From assembly GCA_963732385.1 (NCBI GenBank), contig CAVSZB010000003.1, positions 433,321 through 497,320 of the forward strand: a stretch of DNA of 64,000 nt, written 5' to 3'. This document shows positions 58,041 to 64,000 of the stretch, piece after piece. The notes beneath the pieces were generated by a model. It searched no databases. It was not told where the DNA came from and saw only the letters and a list, made by a program, of their open reading frames with translations. A program made the position numbers and the translations under genes. Source of the stretch: an uncultured bacterium. Its GTDB lineage: Bacteria > Krumholzibacteriota > Krumholzibacteriia > LZORAL124-64-63. The stretch's first letter is position 1; the number at the start of each line of letters is the position of its first letter.

Positions 58041-59408
58041 ATGTGTCGCTATATATTTGCAACTCTGATCATTATCCTGTTTTACGCTTGCCCGGCATTG
58101 GGACTAGGCGAGTGCGGGCATTATTGTTGGACTGATTATTATAATCCGAGCTGGGGGGGGGCCCTCGGAACCATGACTCCCTTGAGTTTTATTCCGGGCT
58201 CTACCACTGTGTTTTCGTGGGTCATAACAAATACTGGAGAGATAAGCCAGCAGGCCCAATTTTGCGCGGGCCCCGGTCTCGTTAGTGCCGTCATGCCGGG
58301 GATCGAGTTTGCATCTTGTCTCGATGACTGCTGCTATTGGATCTTAACAGAATGGCTTCCGGGAAGTGCGCGAACAATTACCGCGACCGTTGCCTGCCCG
58401 TTGGATGATCTGGTGCGATTTCAATTTGAAGATCTCTTAGGTTGGGATAATCTTTTGCGCTACTCTTGTGCGACACCCTACAGTGGAGGTGACGCAAGCA
58501 TAACGATTACGAAGTACCCAACGGCAGTGTCGACCCTTGATGGCATACGAGTTGAATTCGAAACAGGGGCTGCACTCGCCGGCAATTACCCGCGCGTGAG
58601 CTCACTAATAGCGCGGAGCGATGGTTCAATCCCGTCTCTTCCGCACTCCCCCAGAATAGAAAAAACTGGGACTACAGGATATGCGTACTTCGAAGCCAAT
58701 GTTCCGGACTATTATTTCGTCACCATCGGGGCGGAATTGGATCTGGCCTGTGAGACGGTAGGTCCCATTGTCGTATTGAGTGACGGCAACAATCCTCCTT
58801 TTGCCCAGCCTGAATACTCCCCTGATCCACCGACCGTCTTGGACGCGGTGAGTTTTTTGTCGAGAGCTTGGGACCATGAAGGAGATAGTATTTACTACAG
58901 CTGGGCATTCGGGGATTCCAATAGTAGCTACAATACCAGCAGCGATTCATCCGCTGTTCATATCTATCAGGAACCAGGCAACTACGTCGTAACTCTGACG
59001 GTTTCTGATGGCATGCTCCAGAGGAGTTACAATTTGTCGTTAGCTGTTAGCGAGGAAGATGTTTCTGGGGTCGATGATGGCTTGGTCGATTTTCCTGGCG
59101 GAGATGTTGGTAACTCACGCTGGTCTTCTCGGGACGTGCGTCTCGGCTGTTACCCGAATCCATTCAACCCATCGACTACATTATCCTTCGACCTACCTGA
59201 ACGGACTGAGGTGTATTTGCAAATATATGATCTGTCCGGCAGACTGATCAGAACGTTGATAGCTGGGGAGACTACTGAGCGGGGACAACGTGTGGAAGTT
59301 TGGAACGGTCGTGATGAATTGGGTAGGCTGGTTACTTCCGGCACGTACATCTACCGCCTGCAGGCCGGTGGGTTTAGCGAGGCGAAACGAATGGTCCTGA
59401 TAAAGTGA
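58041..59408 (+). CDS. secreted PKD-domain protein with FlgD-Ig tail
   Basis: signal peptide; D.EGD...Y.W.FGD...H.Y..PG.Y.V.LTVSDG; CYPNPFNPSTT...WNGRDE.G; lower GC than core genes. Confidence 0.85.
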   Translation: MCRYIFATLIIILFYACPALGLGECGHYCWTDYYNPSWGGALGTMTPLSFIPGSTTVFSWVITNTGEISQQAQFCAGPGLVSAVMPGIEFASCLDDCCYWILTEWLPGSARTITATVACPLDDLVRFQFEDLLGWDNLLRYSCATPYSGGDASITITKYPTAVSTLDGIRVEFETGAALAGNYPRVSSLIARSDGSIPSLPHSPRIEKTGTTGYAYFEANVPDYYFVTIGAELDLACETVGPIVVLSDGNNPPFAQPEYSPDPPTVLDAVSFLSRAWDHEGDSIYYSWAFGDSNSSYNTSSDSSAVHIYQEPGNYVVTLTVSDGMLQRSYNLSLAVSEEDVSGVDDGLVDFPGGDVGNSRWSSRDVRLGCYPNPFNPSTTLSFDLPERTEVYLQIYDLSGRLIRTLIAGETTERGQRVEVWNGRDELGRLVTSGTYIYRLQAGGFSEAKRMVLIK

Positions 59409-59834
59409 TCTGGATTGTTCTTTTGAGGATTGGGGGCGGCGCCGAGGATCAAGGCAGGCGCCAAGCGGCCTGATCAACGCGGCTTCCACTTGTAAGCGCC
59501 GGCGCAATAGTGCGGTATCCTTGGCGGCCGCCGGTGCCCACAGCATAACCGGACGCCGCCGTTCAGTTTGTGTGAATGTAGCGACCACCTATTCTGTCCA
59601 CTCACCTGACGCAAAATCAAGTGACACGTCCCCGCTGATCGCCAGCAGTCCGTGACGCAAGAGTACCACTTCCACGGCTCGTCGTCGAGCCCCTGCCCTC
59701 TGGCGGCGCGTGGCCGCCTTGCGGCTCGGCACGCGCATCTCTGATATTACTTCTCTGCGGAACATTGTACGGTCAGGCAGCGCTACGCGGTCGTCGCGGT
59801 ACGCCTCGCGCGCCGTTCTGCCGCCCAGCACGGG

Positions 59835-60431
59835 GCACTCAAAGAGGTTTTCAAGGGCGCTGCGACAACCGTCATCCTCCAGGCTCACGACGAGCCTCTT
59901 TATCAACACTACCAGAGCCTGCTCGACGGCGGGACCAAGCCCAATCTCGCCAAGCTGACCATCGCGCGGCAACTCGCCGCCATCACGCTTGCCCTCTGGC
60001 GCGAGAAGGAGGTCTACGATCCCAAGAAACTGACCCATGCATTCTGACGCGGCGCCAGGTCGCCGGAGCCGTCACATACGGTCGCGTACAACGATCCCTT
60101 ATGGCACGGGCACAGTGGTTACAGGGGAGAGTATCCGTTTCTTCCTTGGTCCCGGCACGTCCGGAGTCCCGACCTGTAGGCTATGCTCCCCTGCAGAACC
60201 AAATGAAGCAATGGGCCAACGAGTCCCTGATGGAAGGATGGTTCCCTCCCCATGGAGGAGAACGACGTCGCTGGAACGCCTGGTGTGAGTGGGATCAAGC
60301 GCCGGCCGACAGGCAGTTGAATCGGCTCCCGAACCGGCCTGGACGCAGCACAACGGCGGACGCTGGCTGCCAGACCTCACGCAGACAGCGTGGCGGGGAA
60401 ATGCGTCTTGACAGCCTGCCCCATGGAAGGA
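59835..60431 (+). mobile_element. IS110-family (IS1111-type layout) right-end remnant: transposase C-terminus plus 3' non-coding end
   Basis: ALKEVFKGAATTVI...LYQHYQSLLDGGTKPNLAKLTIARQLAAITLALW...YDP, stop at 60047; about 380 nt structured non-coding region; TTGACA at 60408 near the end. Confidence 0.78.
60110..60300 (+). ncRNA. candidate IS110 bridge/seek RNA (boundaries approximate)
   Basis: stem CAGGGGAG...CTCCCCTG enclosing a large internal loop; ATGGAAGGA and CTTCCTT match the element end at 60423-60433. Confidence 0.6.
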
Positions 60432-60648
60432 AGCCGGTGTCTGCCCGAAACCCCCGCCCCGAATCGACCAGCGCGGGGTTAAGGGGGAGACGCCAAATCT
60501 ATCTCGGCCTTCCCGCCAAGTGATTTCGGACGGCCCCGTTGCCGTTCGCGAATCTCACCGTTCGTCCAAGGCGGAAAGGTGGTAGAATCGAAACCTCGCC
60601 CATCTGGCTGCATCGCTATGCCTGAAGGTTTGAAGGGGGGGCTCGACC

Positions 60649-62239
60649 ATGAGACTCGCCATTCGTGCTTCGTGGGCTGTTGTGGCTTTGATGCTGTGGT
60701 GGGTTCCGGCCTGCGAAGCCGCGACATTCAACGTCACGCCAGACGGCACCGGGGACTTCGCCACCATTCAGGCCGCCATCGACGCGGCCGCCCCCGGCGA
60801 CACAGTGCAACTTGCCGATGGCGTTTTCACCGGATCAGGCAACCGCGATCTCCTGTTTGGCGGCAAGCCGCTGACCCTGCGCTCGGCGGGCGGTGACGCA
60901 GCGGCCTGTGTCATCGACGCCCAGGGCAGCGAATCGGCTCCGCATCGGGCCGCCTGGCTGCACGACCTGCCCGCACCGGGCGCCCTGCTCGAAGGGATCA
61001 CCTTCCGCAACGGCTGGAACGACGGCGCTGGCAGCGGCGTGTACGCCTACAACTGCCGGGTCGTGGCGCGGCACTGCGTCTTCCGGGACAATCGCGGAGC
61101 CTTCTACTTAGGCGGGGCTGGTATGGCCATCCAGAATGGCGAGGCCGTCCTGGAGGATTGCCTCTTCGAAGGAAATGTCTCGAGCAGTCCCATGCCCATG
61201 GCGGGTGGCGCCGGAGGACTCTTCGCCTCGAACACGACGGTCTCGCTTGAGCGCTGCGATTTCCTGAACAACCGAGCGGGCAGCAGCTTCGACAGTGGCG
61301 GAAGAGGCGGCGGCATGATTGCCGTCAGCTGTGCCATGGCGGCGACCGCGTGCACGTTCCGCGGGAACCAGGTCTCGCCCAGCATCATGTCGTCTCCCCG
61401 AGGCGGCGGGCTTTTTGTAGAGGATGGCACGGCGGAGTTGGCCGATTGCCTGTTCGTGGAAAACGCCGTGATCGAGTACGGGGAGGGCGGCGCAGTGGCC
61501 ACCTACGGCACGCCCAACCTGGTCATGACGAACTGCACGCTTCAGCACAACAACGGCTTGGGGGCGGTCCACCTCCGGGGCGGCACGGTGTCCCTCGAAC
61601 GGAGCATCATTGCCGACAGCTATGTGATCTACATGGGTGGCGAAGAACCGGGCGTTGCCTTCATCGTGGATGGAGGTGCCGTAACGCTCTCCGCCTGCGA
61701 TGTCTTCGGCCACACGGGGGGCGATTGGGTGGGACCGATCGCTGATCAACGCTATCTGCGTGGCAACTTCACCGCCGATCCCTGCTACTGCGACGCCGCC
61801 GGAGGAGACTTCCGGCTCTGCGCTGATTCTGCCTGTGCGCCCGAGCACAACCCGTGGGGCCAGAACGTGCTGGTGGGGGCGTTCGATGTAGGCTGTGCTT
61901 CGTGTGGATGTTCCCTGCCTGTCGGGATCGACGAGGGACACGACCCTGGCGCCACTCCCCGCACGATTGTGTCTTCACGGAGCGACGCCCAACCCCTTCA
62001 ACCCAAGAACCACGATCCGCTTCGACCTCCCGGCTGCAGGCAACATCCGCCTCGCCGTCTACGACCTCGCCGGCCGACTCGTCCGGGTCCTCGTAGAGGG
62101 GGAAATCCCCGCGGGGAGCCACGAGGCGGTTTGGGATGGCAGAGACTCCACCGGTCGCTCCGCGCCCTCTGGCAGCTACCTCGCCCGGCTGGTCGCGGGG
62201 GGGAAGGTGGAGGTTGTGAGGATGGGGCTGGTGCGGTGA
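60649..62239 (+). pseudogene. secreted parallel beta-helix protein with FlgD-Ig tail, +1 frameshift at C4 run 61957-61960
   Basis: V.PDGTGDF.TIQAAI, C.F..N....GGG repeats; removing one C joins it in frame to PNPFNPRTTI...MGLVR; may be a sequencing error. Confidence 0.78.
62009..62239 (+). repeat. sorting-tail DNA repeat, copy 1
   Basis: ungapped match to 63122-63352 with 27 differences in 231 nt by manual count. Confidence 0.9.
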
Positions 62240-62266
62240 GCGTGGCCGATCACAAGAGGAGTCCTC

Positions 62267-63352
62267 ATGCAAACGGTCCTTGTCCGTCAGTGGTCGGCTC
62301 TTGCCGTGATCACGATGACGCTGATCCTTTTCGCTCCGATGGTGGCTGGCTTCGACGGAATGCCAGACGGGAGCATCCAATTGCCGAGCGACGATGCCGA
62401 TTTCGAGCAACAGCTGCTCTTGCTGATCAATGAGTGTCGACGAACCGCTGGAGTTCTGCCGCTCGCATGGAGTAACGATCTCGCCGCTGCGGCCCGCTAT
62501 CACGGACACGATATGATTCAGGATGCGTACATGTCTTATGACACCTACGACGACGATTGGGTGTATGTGTGCCCGATGTCCTCACGCATCGGGGCCTATG
62601 TGCCGACGAGCACGTCCCATGTTGAACTGATTGGCGGCGGGTGGGCTACTGCGGAGCAACAGTTCGCCATGTGGACGGACCCGGAACACCTCGCCGTTCT
62701 CGTGAATACGACCGCAAGTGAGATCGGCATTGGCCTGGCAAAGGAAGGGTCGAGCATACCGCATTGCGTGGTGGATATGGCGCAGGTACTCGGAACCTAC
62801 CCGGTGGTAATCAATCTTGGGGCCTGTGAATCGGCCTCAGCGATGGTCGAGCTCGCAATCCACGGCGCATCGTGGTTCAATCAGATGCGGCTGAGGAACG
62901 ACGGGGGTGAGTGGACTGAGTGGACCGCCTTCCGCAGCACGCTGCCATGGTCACTGCGCCCGGTCGCTGGCCTGCGGACCGTTTACGTCGAGATGCGCTC
63001 CTTCATGTCGAACTACTCTACAAGCGCACAAATCACACTCCTCGACGGAGCGACGGGAGTGTCGAGTCCACGTCAAGCGTTCATGGAACTGCGGGCGATT
63101 CCGAATCCGTTCAATCCGCGCACCACGATCCGCTTCGACCTCCCGGCCGCAGGTCCGGTGCGCCTCACCGTCTGCGACCTCGCCGGCCGCCTCGTCCGGG
63201 TCCTCGTAGAGGGGGAAATCCCCGCGGGGAGCCACGAGGCGGTTTGGGACGGCAGAGATGCGTCGGACCGTGCCGCACCCTCTGGCAGCTACCTGGCCCG
63301 GCTGGTTGCGGGGGGGAAGGTGGAGGTTGTGAGGATGGGGCTAGTGCGCTAG
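62267..63352 (+). CDS. secreted CAP (SCP-like) domain protein with FlgD-Ig tail
   Basis: L.LINE.R..AG..PL.W...L..AAR.H..DM, W..P.H....,EIGIG; IPNPFNPRTTI tail. Confidence 0.85.
   Translation: MQTVLVRQWSALAVITMTLILFAPMVAGFDGMPDGSIQLPSDDADFEQQLLLLINECRRTAGVLPLAWSNDLAAAARYHGHDMIQDAYMSYDTYDDDWVYVCPMSSRIGAYVPTSTSHVELIGGGWATAEQQFAMWTDPEHLAVLVNTTASEIGIGLAKEGSSIPHCVVDMAQVLGTYPVVINLGACESASAMVELAIHGASWFNQMRLRNDGGEWTEWTAFRSTLPWSLRPVAGLRTVYVEMRSFMSNYSTSAQITLLDGATGVSSPRQAFMELRAIPNPFNPRTTIRFDLPAAGPVRLTVCDLAGRLVRVLVEGEIPAGSHEAVWDGRDASDRAAPSGSYLARLVAGGKVEVVRMGLVR
63122..63352 (+). repeat. sorting-tail DNA repeat, copy 2
   Basis: ungapped match to 62009-62239. Confidence 0.9.
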
Positions 63353-63526
63353 AGCTCTGGCTATCGGGGAAAGCGCAATGAAGCACTTGTCACGGACGCA
63401 TAGCCTTCTAATCACCGCCCTCGTTCGCGCGGGGCTTCTGGCGAAGCCTCAGATTGCCAGATGCTGGTTCCACCAGGGAACAAGCGCGCCTTTGAACGCC
63501 GACTTTCCGGCCAGGGAGAAACCGTG

Positions 63527-63997
63527 ATGAGAAGTCATACGCGACACGTCGCCTTCGCCTTCGCAATCGCGGTAGCGTCTGCGCTGCGGGCCCAGGGCGC
63601 GCCAGTAACGCTTGATCAGTTGGTCCCGGCGGAACGCCAGAAGGAATTGGGATTAGATACGCTTTCACCTGAGCAACGCGCCGGAGTTGTTCTGCTGCTG
63701 CAAGAAGTTTACCAGCTTGGCCTTCAGGAGGGGCAGAAGCCAAATGGGGAACCGCAAGCCACGCCGGGAGCGGCGACCCCCTCTGTTATTGAAACGCAGA
63801 TTGATGGTGAATTCGAGGGCTGGGAGGGCGAGACGATCGTAAAGCTGATGAATGGGCAAATCTGGCAGCAAACCGACTACTACTATTACTACCACTACGC
63901 ATACATGCCGTCAGTTCTCGTTTATCGCAGCGGCGGAGGGTACAAGATGAAGATTAATGGCATAGAAAAAGCAGTGGGAGTTCAGCGCCTGCGGTGA
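63527..63997 (+). CDS. conserved hypothetical exported protein
   Basis: signal peptide; GLD.LS..Q; IE.QIDGEFEGW.GET..KL.NGQIWQQ. Confidence 0.75.
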   Translation: MRSHTRHVAFAFAIAVASALRAQGAPVTLDQLVPAERQKELGLDTLSPEQRAGVVLLLQEVYQLGLQEGQKPNGEPQATPGAATPSVIETQIDGEFEGWEGETIVKLMNGQIWQQTDYYYYYHYAYMPSVLVYRSGGGYKMKINGIEKAVGVQRLR

Positions 63998-64000
63998 TAG

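Noticed and set aside
59589..60038. 149-aa minus-strand ORF
   Set aside because: Largely the antisense of the IS110 transposase remnant
62009..63352. Diversity-generating retroelement TR/VR pair
   Set aside because: Differences are mostly synonymous and not adenine-specific, both copies are coding, and no reverse transcriptase is in the window
59409..64000. Integron cassette array
   Set aside because: No convincing attC (RYYYAAC...GTTRRRY with paired boxes) between genes and no integrase

Overview
GC-rich bacterial chromosome segment. Several secreted proteins end in a PNPFNP...FlgD-Ig/T9SS-like C-terminal domain and a PorV-family gene is present, which suggests an FCB-group lineage such as Krumholzibacteriota/Latescibacterota (inference). 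Bases 1-54.9 kb look like core genome: galK, a large LVIVD-repeat secreted protein, a four-gene polyamine operon, an amidase, a Mut7-C RNase, a five-gene operon (secreted cargo, lipoprotein, TonB receptor, PorV, NHL lipoprotein), a nucleoside-salvage/RpiB/TpiA operon, several peptidases, OmpA, a candidate nucleoid protein, an RRM protein, RluA, an Ehr (hydrogenase-4-like, NiFe-less) complex with an HTH-PTS IIA regulator, typA, a second TonB receptor and a prolyl oligopeptidase. From about 55 kb the sequence is a less GC-rich, rearranged accessory region. It holds an intact IS5-family element, IS256 and IS110 right-end remnants, pseudogenes and three FlgD-tailed secreted proteins. The most interesting signals are: a probable orphan IS110 bridge RNA whose loops match the element's own end; a terminated small transcript with a 14-nt perfect anti-16S Shine-Dalgarno and a 15-codon ORF; the SusD-less TonB/PorV operon; an RpiB with an encapsulation-peptide-like leader; and near-identical DNA sorting tails on unrelated passenger genes. 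No rRNA, tRNA or CRISPR array was seen. All family assignments come from motif recognition by eye, not from database searches.
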